A stretch of 64,000 nt of DNA, taken from the human T2T-CHM13v2.0 reference genome, Homo sapiens. Both the position numbers and the translations under genes were made by a program. The notes beneath the pieces were generated by a model, which had not been told where the DNA came from, searched no databases, and worked only from the letters and a program-made list of their open reading frames with translations. How positions within the stretch are numbered: position 1 is the stretch's first letter; each line of letters begins with the position of its first letter. Where the stretch lies: assembly GCF_009914755.1 (NCBI RefSeq), contig NC_060931.1. One strand, written 5' to 3'. Positions 1 to 13,718 of the stretch are shown piece by piece.

Positions 1-39
1 TCTGTAAGTTAAAAAATATGAAAATATGTTAAAACTTAC

Positions 40-770
40 TAACAAAGAAATGCAAATTAAAATCACAATGAGATACCACTATATACCCAGCAGAATGGCT
101 AAAATTAAAGACAATTCCAAATGCTGATTTGGAAATCCCATTGAGAGGATGTGGAACAATGCAAACACTCATAAATTGCTGATGAGAGTGTACAAAACTG
201 TTTTGACATTATCTACTAAATGTGAAGATGCCACTATCTTTTGACCCAGTAATTTTACTCCTAAGGTATATATCACACCAGAAATGTATGCACATAAACA
301 CCAAAAAACAGGTACAATAACCTTCACAGAAACTTTATTGATGACATCCAAAAACTAGTAACATTTCAAACGTTCTTCAACTGAATGGATAAATTATGTT
401 AAGTTTATACACTGGAATATGATCAATGAAAATGCAAGAGTATGGCTACACAAAACAATGGATGAAATCTTAAAAAAACCAATGTGGAATAAAAGAAGTT
501 AAACACAAAATATGCAGATAATGTATAATTCTACACATAGACTATATGATTCCACAAAACTAATGAATGGTTTTATTCCTGTGAGGAAGAAGAAAGTGGC
601 AGTAATTGATTGGAAAAGATCACAAGAAATGCTTCTGGGTAATTGGTGATGTTCTACTCCAATAGCTGTGTGATGGTGCCATGTTCATTTTATGGTAAAT
701 CATTGAGCTGTCATATGTGATTGTGCATAATTCTCTGTATGTTTTATACCTGTTAAAATGTTTAACTAAA
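40..770 (+). mobile_element. Old L1M (L1MC/ME-like) ORF2 end and 3'UTR fragment
   Basis: aaatgcaaattaaaatcacaatgagataccact...cagaatggctaaaat and ttttgacccagtaattttactcct resemble the L1 3' region; highly diverged. Confidence 0.75.
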
Positions 771-792
771 TAGTGTTTGGAAATGCATTTCT

Positions 793-1860
<1,068 letters not shown>

Positions 1861-1944
1861 TCAGAATAGTGTCTTATACCACATGCAAAGTGGTATATCA
1901 CTAGAAGGTAGACTACCTTCTATAACTCCAAAGCAACTATTAAA

Positions 1945-2150
1945 ATAATAGAAGAATAGTTACCTTTGGAGGAAGAGAAGTGGTATTGAGTGGAGAGGTA
2001 CTGATTTTGGGGTTACCAGACATTTTGTAGATTTTGACCTCAATGATTGTTACATGCATATTTGCTTTATGATAATTCTGTAAGCTGATAGTTGTTTTAT
2101 GCACTTTTATTATGTGTGTAATATTTCATAGTGAAAGTATTTTTAAGTAG
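1945..2150 (+). mobile_element. L1M(E/D) 3' end fragment
   Basis: gaatagttacctttgg...ttttatgcacttt...tgtgtaatatttca is a typical L1ME terminus. Confidence 0.55.
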
Positions 2151-2219
2151 CTGAACTCAGTTTTAATGCCTCTGAACTATAACTGGCATAAAATTAGACA
2201 TGATTATTGAATTTTCAAG

Positions 2220-2525
2220 GCTTTGTTCCTTTACACATGCTACTCTTCCTGCCTGGAGATATCTTTCCCCTCCACCTGGACAACTCTTATTCCACCCTTC
2301 AAGATCCACCTCAGATGTGACTCCTGTGAAACTAGCTCCCACAGACAACTAATTTCTCCATCCTCCTGCTCCTGTACTGCATCATTCTGATTAAATATCT
2401 GACTCTCCCATTAGTCTCAATTTCCTCAATAAACATATTTCCCTTTGTTTTGCCACCATCTAGCACAGTACCTGGCACATAACAGGCAATCATTGAAAGT
2501 TATTGCATGGGCCTGAGTGAATGAC
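2220..2525 (+). mobile_element. L2 3' fragment
   Basis: acccttcaagatccacctcagatgtgactcct...tagcacagtacctggcacataacagg. Confidence 0.7.
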
Positions 2526-2762
2526 TTTCCATTTCTATTGGGATAATGAAAAAATATTGACAGCATATTTAAAAGAGGTATCACATCCACAGGCATGCGC
2601 TGTCTGTTTGATATTAATCTTCATCACTGGCTTAAGGAGTTATTTAGTGTCTCCACTGCATAGTTACTATTTTTCCTTTTGTTATTAACAAGTAATTTGT
2701 GAGGAGGAAACAATGGCTTTATCACAGAAACTCCTTTTAAATAATGATCTTGATAATCTTAC

Positions 2763-2796
2763 TTAGGTTTTAGACATTATCAGGGTCAAAGCAAAA
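2763..2796 (-). other. Candidate 34-nt exon (in-phase FALTLIMSKT*)
   Basis: Minus strand: gtttactcttttag|TTTTGC...ACCTAA|gtaaga. Confidence 0.25.
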
Positions 2797-2944
2797 CTAA
2801 AAGAGTAAACTGAATTGAATCGAATCTGTAATATAATTAGAAACTAATGATCAATTATGTAACTGGAAACTACCTTTTGGTATACTAGTATGTAAGATAA
2901 AGTTAGAAAAAGCGTATCATTACCCTGTGATAATTATCAGTAAA

Positions 2945-3125
2945 TCCATTCAAACAATATTTCTGAGTATCTGCTATATTCCAAACATCATTCGAAACTG
3001 ATGAGTAAGACAAGGTCTCTTCCCTTTATTCAACAAAAATTTACTTAGTGCCTACGTGCTAGGTCCTAGGAATACATCCATAAATAAGACAGGAAGTTCC
3101 TATGCTCCTGGGGTTTCTAGTCTAA
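2945..3125 (-). mobile_element. L2 fragments
   Basis: cattcaaacaatatttctgagtatctgctat; attcaacaaaaatttacttagtgcctacgtgctagg. Confidence 0.6.
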
Positions 3126-3597
3126 TTACTGAAGTGCTCCCAGCCTAACAGTGGAGGCATGTAAGGGGTGTATTTTTTCATGATAATCACATAAGCCAGG
3201 CACAAGAGATGATTGAAGCCATGGAATTTATAAGGTATCTTAGTAGACAACAGCAGCTTTTGGACACAGGGAAGGAGTGTTTGCAGCATCAGTTTTTAAA
3301 CTCACTTGAATTAGGGAAGAGATAATAATAACTGATGATAATAAGGTGGGTTTGTTTCCAAGTAAATAGTGTCATTTTACCAAGACTTATTTCTTAAAGA
3401 CACCTGACTAATGGATTATCTATTGTTACATATAAGCAGGGTAATTTTTCCTAAATCATAAGTTGTAAATGCTATGTGATTCTATTTGAATAGGTAATTA
3501 TTGGAGAGCTTTGTATTTGATATCATATCATCAAAAGGCATTTTGAGTTTTTCATTGATTCTTTCAACTGCTCCTCCTTATGGCCAAGGAGACTTAC

Positions 3598-3630
3598 TTG
3601 CAAGACTGAGAAAAAGGCTGCAGTTCAAGA
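3598..3630 (-). other. Candidate 33-nt exon (LELQPFSQSC)
   Basis: cttcattttattccacag|TCTTGAAC...TTGCAA|gtaagt; strong acceptor and consensus donor, frame-preserving length. Confidence 0.4.
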
Positions 3631-4274
3631 CTGTGGAATAAAATGAAGTCAGCTCTTTTATATGCATGAACCTGCTACTCTAACTTCAATCACATCCTGT
3701 TCTCAACCAGCAAATCCGAAATCTTCTCTGGAAAAATGAGATTATGTTTCATCTCTAATGACAAAGTGTCAGAAAAAAAAAACTCACTTTTGTCATATAG
3801 GAACTGAGTGAAAAGTTAAAAATTCATACCCATATCTCAAGTCTTAATTCTGGTTGAACACACAGACTACTGTGTACCAGACCATAACCTACAACAAAAT
3901 TAAAATGTTAATTAGATATCTGGTATATGCATATATGATCTCTCTAATATTTTAAATAATTTCTCAAGTAGTACCCTGATTTACAAACTGATCTTTTTTT
4001 ATTTTTTTCAACTGACATTCATTTTTCTCAAACTCTTTATATTCTATTCAGATGAAAGTTGTACATCTTGAATCTGAGAAATCTCTAGAGTCACAGCATA
4101 CGAAGGTACTTTACAAAAAGTCAGGGAGCTTCGTGAGTGTTACTTCTACTTTCAAGTCATCAGCTACAGACAGTCAACAGACTAGAAAGCAATTTTCAGT
4201 GTTGTGATCTTCATATACAGAGTAAAGAAAAGGTAGATCGCTGAGCATTTTGAAAAAGAACAACAGGAAATTAC

Positions 4275-4356
4275 CTCCTCCACTCAGGCAGACTTGCTTT
4301 TATCTAGTTAGGAGAAAGCCCCACAGAATCCATAGTATCCACATTCTTGGCAAGAC
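4275..4356 (-). other. Candidate 82-nt exon
   Basis: cttggcatcacag|GTCTTG...GAGGAG|gtaatt; one stop in the chain frame; weak pyrimidine tract. Confidence 0.25.
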
Positions 4357-5210
4357 CTGTGATGCCAAGCAGTACTAAATTATCCCATAACACCTAGATG
4401 CTGGAGTTAATAGCACTGTTTCCAATGGCATAGAATGACATTTTCTTCTTGGTTCTTTGTGGCTGAATACCTAAATCTAGTGTCACTCTCATTTATAAAC
4501 TAAATGCCTTTGAAAAAAAGTGGGTCAAAGTTCAATGTGTTTATAATGATCTCATTGCTAGAAGAGACCATGTACCCTAGCTGTCATTAACAGCAGTTTC
4601 ATTTATGGGAACAAAATAGCTTTACATTTCTCAGAAGATTTTTTTTAAGGAACAACTATTGCAGGATATTTAAAAATTCCCCCATCAATGTTAGTTCTCT
4701 TTTCTTAATCACTTATTAAATTGACAACTATAATTCAAGAAGGTGTGAAAAGATATCATTGAAACCCCTCATTTTTTAAAACTCTTGTCTTTCTAGTCTT
4801 AAGAAACTCATCTTGAACACACAACCCAGCCAAATGAATGAAGATAGAAAATAACGCTCAAGTCAGCTAGGTAAGTAGAATTAATGTCTTAAAGATTATT
4901 CACTAAAAGCCAGACTTCAAGACTACACAATATATCCATATAACGAAAGTGCACTTGTATCCCTTAAATTTATACAAATAAAAATAAATATTGTGAAAGT
5001 GCTATATTTTATTTGGATATGTTTGAAACATATCTAGGCTTGTATTTAATTTAATTGTTCCTTATGATTTCACTTAAAGAAAACAAAGACGTCTTGTCTT
5101 CAAATAATTAAAAGCATCTACAGAAGATATTTTATAGTCCACGTGTTCATCCCTACATTATCTTTGTGTTTAAAAGAGACAGAAAAATTCAAAGAAAAAA
5201 TACGAAGACA

Positions 5211-5500
5211 AGCTGGGTGTAGTGGCTCACACCTATAATCCCAACACTTTGCGGGGGCCAAGGCTGGAGGATAGCTTGAAGCCAGAAGTTTGAAACCAGC
5301 CTGGGCAACACAGGGAGACCCTCATTTCTACATAAAAATTTTAAAAATTAGCTAGGCATGCTGGCACTTTCCTGTAGTCCTAGCTACTCAGGAAGCTGAG
5401 GTGGGAGACTCACCTGAGCCCAGGTGTTCAAGATTATAGTAAGCTATAATCACACCACTGTACTCCATCCTGGGCAATAGAGTGAGACGGTCTCAAAAAA
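5211..5500 (+). mobile_element. AluJ
   Basis: Diverged dimeric Alu with J-type ggaggatagcttgaagcc. Confidence 0.92.
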
Positions 5501-5632
5501 TATATATGTACATATATGTGATATTTACATATTAATATATGTGTACCTATATATGCATATATATGTGTATATGTACATAATGTGTACCTATATGTACATA
5601 TATGATGTGTACATATATATAGACATACATAT
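5500..5632. repeat. (TA/TATG)n low-complexity repeat at the Alu tail
   Basis: tatatatgtacatatatgtg... directly after the Alu A-tail. Confidence 0.9.
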
Positions 5633-6603
5633 GAGATTAAGAGAAAGAAAATGCTAATTAACATTTGTTGAGTCACTATTCTGTCTGAGACACGAGGCCA
5701 GACACTTTATATCCATTATCTTACTTAGGGAAATATGATCCAAAACAAAGCAAAAGCATTAACCAGCTTTATTTTAACCTTCATATGTTCCCTGAGCATG
5801 GAGATAAAAGGAGTTACATAGTCTCCCCAGTAGTTTTTTATGTGACCTAGGAAAGAATCACTTTCTCCAATCTTTCTTTAGCTTTACTTACACAGGAGGT
5901 TGTTGCAGATTCATAGAAATTGTCACTAGGCACCCAGAAGAAAATGTCTGAGACACACATGGCTATCTACAAACCCAGTATTTTGGCAAGGATCATGGTT
6001 GCTGCAAATAAAGCACACCTAACATACTGAGATCTGTCCGAACACCACACTTTAAAAGAGATATAAACAAATGGATACACATTCACACTGGGAGAGGACC
6101 TGGAGAGGGAGACTTGAAACCATGCCCTGCATGGAATGTTCGCATGAAGTGGGGAGATTTTGCCTGGCCAGCAAAGTCTTCAACTCCATATGAGAGTGTT
6201 GTATGGAAAAGGAATGTGTTCCATATAGTCATCCTTGCTGGGGTGTGAAAAGCACAGGAATGCTAATTCCAGTGCAACAGAATAAAGAATTTTCTGACCA
6301 AGCTGTCCTATAATTGAATGTATTGCCTCAGGAGGTGTTAAGTTTCCCACCACTAGGAAATGTTCAAACTTTGGCCAGGACATTAGTACAGGTATGGTGA
6401 AAGGGATTCAAACACTTGATGGGAACTTGGAGTAAAAAGGGTGGCTTTAAAGTTAATTCCGACCCTGACAGTTTGCAAAAATGAAAGGGATAAGACTGGT
6501 AATTGAACCAAACCTTCATGCCTCTGAATTCATATATGTAGAAATATAACAAATCTGAATAAACTTTTCTCACATGAACCATGCAATAAGAAGTCAGACT
6601 TAC

Positions 6604-6663
6604 TGTTTTGATCTTCCTAATTCAAAGTTAGAATATACTTTGTACTGAGGTTTCTTTCATTAA
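6604..6663 (-). other. Candidate 60-nt exon
   Basis: ggcttgtgtctcag|TTAATG...AAAACA|gtaagt; NERNLSTKYILTLN*EDQN. Confidence 0.35.
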
Positions 6664-6749
6664 CTGAGACACAAGCCAGCAACTTGACCTATTAACACCA
6701 ACACTGAGATCAAGCATTGCTAGTTTATCCTCTATAAATATCAAGTACA

Positions 6750-6865
6750 ATTCAATTGATTGAGCACCTACTATATGCCAATCATCGTACTAAAGTTTGG
6801 GGGATATAATGGTGAACAACAACAAAAAAACGTGATCTCCATCTTCATGGCATTTATAGTCTAGT
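6750..6865 (-). mobile_element. L2 fragment
   Basis: attgagcacctactatatgcca...catggcatttatagtctagt. Confidence 0.65.
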
Positions 6866-7087
6866 ATAATTGCTGTCTCCTACAGATGATATGAAGTCTA
6901 CTGTTTTTAGCATAGGTTTTCAGTAATTTACTTTCCGATTAAAAATAATCAGTTTTTCAAAATAATTTTTAAAAGAAAAAAGCATTTTCCTTCTATTAAA
7001 CACTCAGCAGAAAATTCATGATTATCAACCCAGACGTGTCCAATTTACATAATTTGAGAAACTCTACTTCTACCAAAAATACCTTAC

Positions 7088-7175
7088 TGCTTATACTCAT
7101 GGAGTTAGTACAAATATGCATAATATGTAAGAATCTGTTTTGCTATGACTCATTTATATAGACTACATCATTTGC
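7088..7175 (-). other. Candidate 88-nt exon
   Basis: atcatattttag|GCAAAT...TAAGCA|gtaagg; ANDVVYINES*QNRFLHIMHICTNSMSIS. Confidence 0.3.
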
Positions 7176-7691
7176 CTAAAATATGATTTCATTAAGAGAA
7201 TACAATTACTTGTATAATCAAAAGTCACTGATGAAAGTTAATCAGCTGGCTTTTTGCAGTCTTCATATAGGTAATACATGACTAGGTCAGGATTTGAAAC
7301 ATTTGAGGTTATTTTATCTAGTTCTTACATATACTGATAGTTTAATTTGCTACAAAACTAAATTTGCAGTTGAGCAAGAAATCTGGAAGTAGGATTAGGT
7401 TAGGAGCTAGGAAAAAAAACTTTCAAGGTTAAATTAGATAATCTAGTTGACTAACATTATCAATAATAATATACTGAAGAGTCCATAGGGATAGTCCATG
7501 AAGCCTTAAGTTTCTGCCATATACACAGTTACATTCTAAGGAGATGAATTCCTGTATTCTTGCCAGGGCTTATCCAGAATCATTTGCAGGTAAAATGATT
7601 CCTTCTACCTAACAGTAGTTGATTAGACCAGTTATAATTTAATCGGTCACAGGCAATCATACAGTCTAACACATGCTAGGTACTCAATGAA

Positions 7692-7994
7692 AAAAAATAT
7701 GTATATATATGTATATATATATATATATACTCTAGAGACAGGGACTTGCTCTGCCACCCAGAGGCTAGAGTGCAGTGGCACAATCATGGCAGCCTTGACT
7801 TCCTATATTCAAGCAATCCTCCCACCTCAGCCTCCTGAGTACCTGGGACTACAGGCATGCTCCACCACACCCACTAATTTATTTTTTCTTTTGTAGGGAC
7901 AGGTCTCATTATGTTGCCCAGACTGAACAAGCAGTCCTCCCGCCTTGGCCTCCCAAAGTGCTGGGATTACAGGTGTGAGCCACTGTGCCCAGCC
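7692..7994 (-). mobile_element. AluJ with (TA)n-converted tail
   Basis: Antisense Alu; TSD tcaatgaa at 7684-7691 and 7995-8002. Confidence 0.9.
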
Positions 7995-8084
7995 TCAATG
8001 AACATTTTTGAATGAAGGCACAAATGGACAGAAGTGGAAGTAAACTCAGAAATGGCATAACAGGGACTAAGGAGAAAAATAACT

Positions 8085-8560
8085 CACTCATTCACTCATT
8101 TAATAAATATTGACTGATTTCTATACATAGATTAGGCACTATGTGTCAGATACTGTTCTAGGGTATGTATGGGTAAACAAAACCAGACATGATTACACTG
8201 GCCCTCAAGGAGTTTACAGTCTAATTGAAGAGACAGATATTAATCCAAAATCACCAAATATAATATGCATACTATGATCAGTGGTGTGGTAAGAGATATG
8301 GTTCTAGAAGAGGGTATAACAGAGAGATTTGACCCTGCCAGGGAGGTAAGGGAAGCCTTGCTTAAGGAAATAAGGAATTGCCCAATTAAAGTGTAGTAGA
8401 AAGAATGTTTTAGGCAGAGGGTCTGGCAAGTTCAAAAGTCTTCATGAAAGAATGAGAGCTAGTGTGACTGCTGCACGGTGGGCATGGTAAGGGATGAGAT
8501 CAAGAAGACCCTTATAGGCCATGTACAGGGGTGATTTATCTTAACAGCAAAGTAAAAACA
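8085..8560 (-). mobile_element. L2 3' region
   Basis: cattcactcatttaataaatattg...ggccctcaaggagtttacagtcta. Confidence 0.75.
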
Positions 8561-8641
8561 TCAGAGTATGTAGCAAATATATAGATTTGCTCACTAAACT
8601 CAAATGTGCACACAAAATGTGGAGTTGTTATGTGTGTGTGC

Positions 8642-9200
8642 ACTTTTTGATTGAGATATCATTGGCATATAATAAAAGTTGCCCTTTTAAAATGAACAAT
8701 TCAGTGGGGTTTAGTACTCTTATAGAGCTGTGCAACCATCCCCACTATCTGATTTCAGAACCTTTTAATTACCCCAAAAGGAAATCCTGTACTCATTAGC
8801 AGTTGCTTTCTATTACCCTCCTCCTCCAGTCTCTAGCAAACATTAATCTGATTTCTAGCTCTATGAGTTCACCTATTCTGGACATTTCATATAAATGGAA
8901 TCATAGAATATGTGGCCTTTTCTGTCTGGCTTCTTTCACTTAGCCTAATGCTTTCAAGGTTCACCCATGTTGTAGCATGCATCAATACTTCATTTCTTTT
9001 GAATGCCAAATAATTCTGTATGGTACTAACATATCACATTTTTTAATCTCTTCATCCATTGATAAACATTTGGGTTGTTTCCACTTTTTGGCTATTACGA
9101 ATAATGTTGGCATGAACATTGTGTGTCAGTTTTTACGTGGATGTATATATTAATTTCTCTTGGGTGTATACCTAGGAGTGGAATTTCTGGGTCATGTGGA
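8642..9200 (-). mobile_element. L1MB 3' end
   Basis: ttgagatat...ctgtgcaaccatc...tacctaggagtggaatttctgggtca. Confidence 0.85.
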
Positions 9201-9789
9201 TCTTTTGCTAGTGTTCACTATTAACATCTATGTTAGATGAATTTCTGGCCTGTTTTTCACTCTGCTTAGAGCCCATTACTGCCCCATGGTCCAGGCTCAG
9301 CCTCTCCTGGGATCATGCTGGCACCTGTGTGTTTGCCACATACTCTATCCAGCTCCTGGCTCAGACCGTCCATAGCAGCCCTGCCAGCTCTAAACTCAGC
9401 ATCCAGGCCACACAGGAACTGAGAGAGAATCAGGAATGCAAGCTAAACCTCTCTCTTACTGAACACACCACATAACCCTTTTAACTATGGTATGCACTCC
9501 CCCAAGTGGGTGCAGGACTGCCCTGCACTACGGTTTCCTCCCGGGATCTCGAACAGTGAGTGGAAGGATAATTCATCCAATTGTGATGCTTTCCTCAATT
9601 TATTTATCTAATATATTTTTCCACAATTGGTGAGGTTAGGAGAAGGCCAGCATGTCTCTTCTCCATTTAGAGTTTCAAGGCCTCAGAACAAAGATGAGAA
9701 TTTGTTCAACAATCTTCCCACCCTCATTTCTGTCTCCTCCCTTCTAGTCCACCAAAACTGGTAGAATTTTTTTTATGTCTTATATAATT

Positions 9790-9935
9790 CAATGATTCTC
9801 ACTAGGGAGTGCTTTGGAACTCTGTGGAGGTATTATTAGTGGGCACAATGATTGGGAAGTGTGACTGACACTTAGTTGAACAGGTTCAGGGATACCAGAT
9901 GTCTCACAGTGTTTAGGACCATCCCTTGCAACATT
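9790..9935 (+). mobile_element. MER20-like hAT fragment
   Basis: gactgacacttagttgaacaggttcagggataccagatgtctcacagtg resembles MER20. Confidence 0.45.
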
Positions 9936-9949
9936 GTGCCTTATGCTTT

Positions 9950-10795
9950 TTTAGCAACAGTTTTATCAACATACATTTCACATACCAGGAAATTCATCTA
10001 TTTAAAGTATTATTCAATGGTTTTTAGTGTATTCACAGAGTTACACAACCATCGCCAGAATCTTAGAACATTCGTGACCCCCAAATGAATCCTATACCTA
10101 TTAGGAATCACTCCCTATTTCCCCTGAACTCTCTATCCCTAGGCAACCAAAAATCTACTTTCTGCCTTTATGATCTATGTTGCATATTGCATATAAGTGG
10201 AATCACACAATATGTGACCTTTCATGTCTTACTTCGTTTACTTAGCATGTTTTCAAGGTTCATCCATGTTGTGTTTCATTCATTTTTATGGCTGGATGAT
10301 ATACATAAAAATATTGATAAAATACATCAATATTGTATTGATATACCACACTTTATTTATCCATTCACCCATTGGTAAATTTGGGTTGTTTTCACTTTTG
10401 GCTACTGTGAACAATGCTGCTATGAACATTCAGGTACAAGTGTTTGAGTGGACATATGTTTTCACTTTTCTTGGGTATATTCCTAGGTGCATAATCCTGG
10501 GTCATATGGTAACTCTATGCTTAACCTTTTGAGGAAAAACCAGACTGTTTTTCAAAGTAGCTGCACCATTTTACAATCTTGCCAGCAGCATATTGAGGGT
10601 TCCAATTTCTCCACATCTTTGTCAATACTTGTTGTTGTCTGTCTTTTCTATTATAGCCATCCTACTTGGTGTGAAGTAGTATCTCGTTGTGTTTTTTTTT
10701 TCATTGTGATTTGATTTGCATTTCCCTGGTGGCTAATTATGTTGAGCATCTTTTCATGTGTTTATTGGCCATTTGTATACTTTCTCTAAAGAAAT
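9950..10795 (-). mobile_element. L1MB 3' end
   Basis: tttttagtgtattcacagagttacacaacc...gttgagcatcttttcatgtgtttattggccatttgtata. Confidence 0.87.
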
Positions 10796-11024
10796 ATCAT
10801 GGCTGACTTTTGAATATCTCACTAGACTTTCATAGAGGTGAAAACATTGCTTATCATTTTCTGAGCCTAGAATCTAACTCCAGTTTACATGGAATCATGA
10901 AGTATTTTTGCATGGTTTTAATATGCAGTGAATTCAAGGAATGCAACCACCATCTAAATTGTGTGCCAATTATACCTTGTTTTATTTGGAAGCTTAGCAA
11001 GATTTGTTCATTATTTCAGAATAC

Positions 11025-11103
11025 CTCATCACCAGTGGCAGTGCCCTCATGGTATTTGAATTGCTGGTGCAACATGCTTTTCTTTATCAGTCTGCATTTG
11101 TTG
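11025..11103 (-). other. Candidate 79-nt exon (open: NKCRLIKKSMLHQQFKYHEGTATGDE)
   Basis: atatttgcatctcacag|CAACAA...GATGAG|gtattc. Confidence 0.35.
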
Positions 11104-11274
11104 CTGTGAGATGCAAATATGTACAGATGGAATTTGAGACTACTTTTAACAGACTTAGAAACCCAGAACTATAATTGAATGTTAACAATAAGGGTTGTTT
11201 ACAAATATTTTATATGATTTCCAACTTAGATATTTTAATGTTGTATAAAATGTTACCTATGTTGTAAAAGTTAC

Positions 11275-11422
11275 TTAATTACTAAAATTAAGTAGTTTTT
11301 AATGGTCTGTTGGTTTTCAATCTTTCTTTGACTCTGTTCCCAGAAGCCTATCAAGCAACCCTTTTGGAAGCCTCTTCTGATGTTATTTTCTTTTTCAATC
11401 TGCCTTCTTCCTCTTTGCCTAT
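11275..11422 (-). other. Candidate 148-nt exon (open; could instead be ancient L1/HAL1 ORF1 debris)
   Basis: gtatccttag|ATAGGC...AATTAA|gtaact; RQRGRRQIEKENNIRRGFQKGCLIGFWEQSQRKIENQQTIKNYLILVI. Confidence 0.25.
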
Positions 11423-12733
11423 CTAAGGATACAGTATCCAAGGTCTTTTTAAATACCAAAAATGGAATGCAGTAGGATTTTAAGACAGGAGATATGTTTT
11501 CTGCGTGTGTGATACAATCTGTCCAATGTCATAATAAAGAGACTCATTTTACATTGTACTAACAAACAAGACCAAACTCATTTGTACAAATATCATACTT
11601 CCTCATTTTCTCCTTTTCAACTGTCTGTAATTTTTCTCGGCTGTTATCCACAATTCAATTATGGTTATTTCCCCTCTTTCTCTTATCACATACAAATAAG
11701 TCTGATCTTTTATTACATATCCTAATTCTAGTTTACATTTTCATTTCCATTGTACTTCTGCTCTTTCATTTTCTTGCATTTCTTATATAGAAGAGTTTCT
11801 TACTTCTCTTAAATTCAAACTTTTTCATTATAAGAGAGAAGCATCTAACTGCTTCATTATATCTTCTAGTCTAGACATGCCCAGGCATTTACACATTGAA
11901 AGACTTATTATTTTATAACAAATTGCTTTCCCTCTATGTCTCTTTTGTATTAGGCTTAGGTTATTATGTTGACTTTTGAAAATTATATGTAGAGATAATT
12001 TCTGTTACCTATGACTTTCATTTCAGAATTAGAAAGGAGGTATTACAAAACATTAGTTATGAAAATGGGACTCTGGGTTAAAAATCACTGGTAACACTGT
12101 ATCTTTATCCAAGCCAGTGCTGCAAGCTTCACGGGCTGGCTGTCACACAAGAAAAGGACATTTTCTCTGCACTATGGCAGGCGCGATGATCTCAGGTGAG
12201 TAGGCTTGGTTCTTGATATGCTAAAGGAATTTAGGTAATAAACTGTAGCCCAAGCCTAGTTTCATGATTAAAGAAGTCAAGTAACTATTCTCTCATTCCC
12301 ACTGCAGTGAGCCTCAAGGCTAAGCTTCAGAGGGGGAAGACAATAAAACTCATGATTTAAGGGACAGATTCAAATGTATTATTTTAATGATTGCTAGCTA
12401 TAAATGTTTTAAGCAGGGTGGGAAGCAACGATAATCTCCAGCTGCTGTGAAGGAATGATGTTAAGAATCTAGCTCCTTTATATCCTAACTTTATATATTG
12501 ATTATCTTCAAGTAACATAGTTGCTCAGCTGTGGTCTGGGGCTCTGCACATCTCATTAATAAAGGGAGAGACTCGAACGGGAGGAGTCTAGTTGCTGCTG
12601 CATGAACTGGAAAATACGGAGGCTTTATGCATCTTGCCTTCTCTCCCTGAATCTTCCCATTGTGTTTGTTTTAATATATGATTCAATAAAGTTGAATTAA
12701 ATCCAATATCAAGACATCTCCTATAATCATTAC

Positions 12734-12831
12734 CTGGTTTTATAGCAAGAAGAGTCACATTGGTCCCTGTAAATGGTTTAATGAAGATTGTATTATTGAT
12801 CCAGCCACCAACATGGCTATGACTTTCCAGA
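12734..12831 (-). other. Candidate 98-nt exon (open: LESHSHVGGWINNTIFIKPFTGTNVTLLAIKP)
   Basis: accctatttctctctag|TCTGGA...AACCAG|gtaatg; non-repeat sequence. Confidence 0.45.
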
Positions 12832-13152
12832 CTAGAGAGAAATAGGGTCATCAACTGCCTTGAATCATTTTGGGGAGAAAATGTGTATAAACTGTAGATA
12901 TGGAATAACTAAGTCCAAATGACCAGCAAGAAAAATTTCTGAGAAGGATCATAGAATCTTTTCATGGGAAATATTCAATATATTTATGTCTATTGGAAAT
13001 AGAGAGGACAGGAGTACTGGATTTCTTTGTCCATTTCAGACAGAGGGTTCTGTGATTCTTTAAGAACTGTAACTAAAATAGAAAGATTTAGGGTTCTTTG
13101 AGTCATCTACTGGCGGATTATATTATTGAAATTGCTGGTTTATTCTGTATAC

Positions 13153-13204
13153 CTTAGTGACACATGGTTCCTGTTTCTTTTCTCTTGTTTGAATCAGTCA
13201 CTTC
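13153..13204 (-). other. Candidate 52-nt exon
   Basis: attctccattttattag|GAAGTG...ACTAAG|gtatac; purine-rich; one stop in the chain frame and no fully open frame. Confidence 0.35.
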
Positions 13205-13274
13205 CTAATAAAATGGAGAATCTTTATGAAACAAGACTTCTTATCTTACAGATTCAGCAATACTTCTGCCTACT

Positions 13275-13718
13275 ATATTACTTTTCTGGGGCTGCAATAC
13301 AACACACCAAACAGATTGAGTGGCTTAAACAACAGAAATGTATTGTCTCATAGTTTTGGACACTAGGAGTAAAAAACCAAGGCCTCAGCATGGCCATACT
13401 CCCTCTGAAGGCACTAAGGAAGGATCTGTTCCAGACCTCTCTCCTAGCTTCTGGTAGTTCCTTTGCTGTGGGAGCAGAACTCCAATCTTCCCATGGTATT
13501 TCCCCTGTGTGTATGTATCTCTGTGTCCAAATTTCCCAGTTTTTTAAGGACACCAGTCATATTAAATTCGGGACACACCCTACTCCAGTATAACCTCATC
13601 TTAAGCAATTACTCTGTGATGACCCTATCTCCAGATAATGTTACATTCTCAGTTACTGTGGGTTCACAACGCAACATATAAATTTCTTGGGGGCGGAAAC
13701 ATGATCCAACTCAAAACA
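13275..13718 (-). mobile_element. MLT1 (MLT1C-like) MaLR solo LTR
   Basis: gtggcttaaacaacagaaatgtattgtctcatagtt...ttttaaggacaccagtcatatt. Confidence 0.85.

Noticed and set aside
3788-3888. 101-nt exon as part of the coding chain
   Set aside because: Splice sites are good, but all three frames have stops and the chain frame would gain three; left out of the chain.
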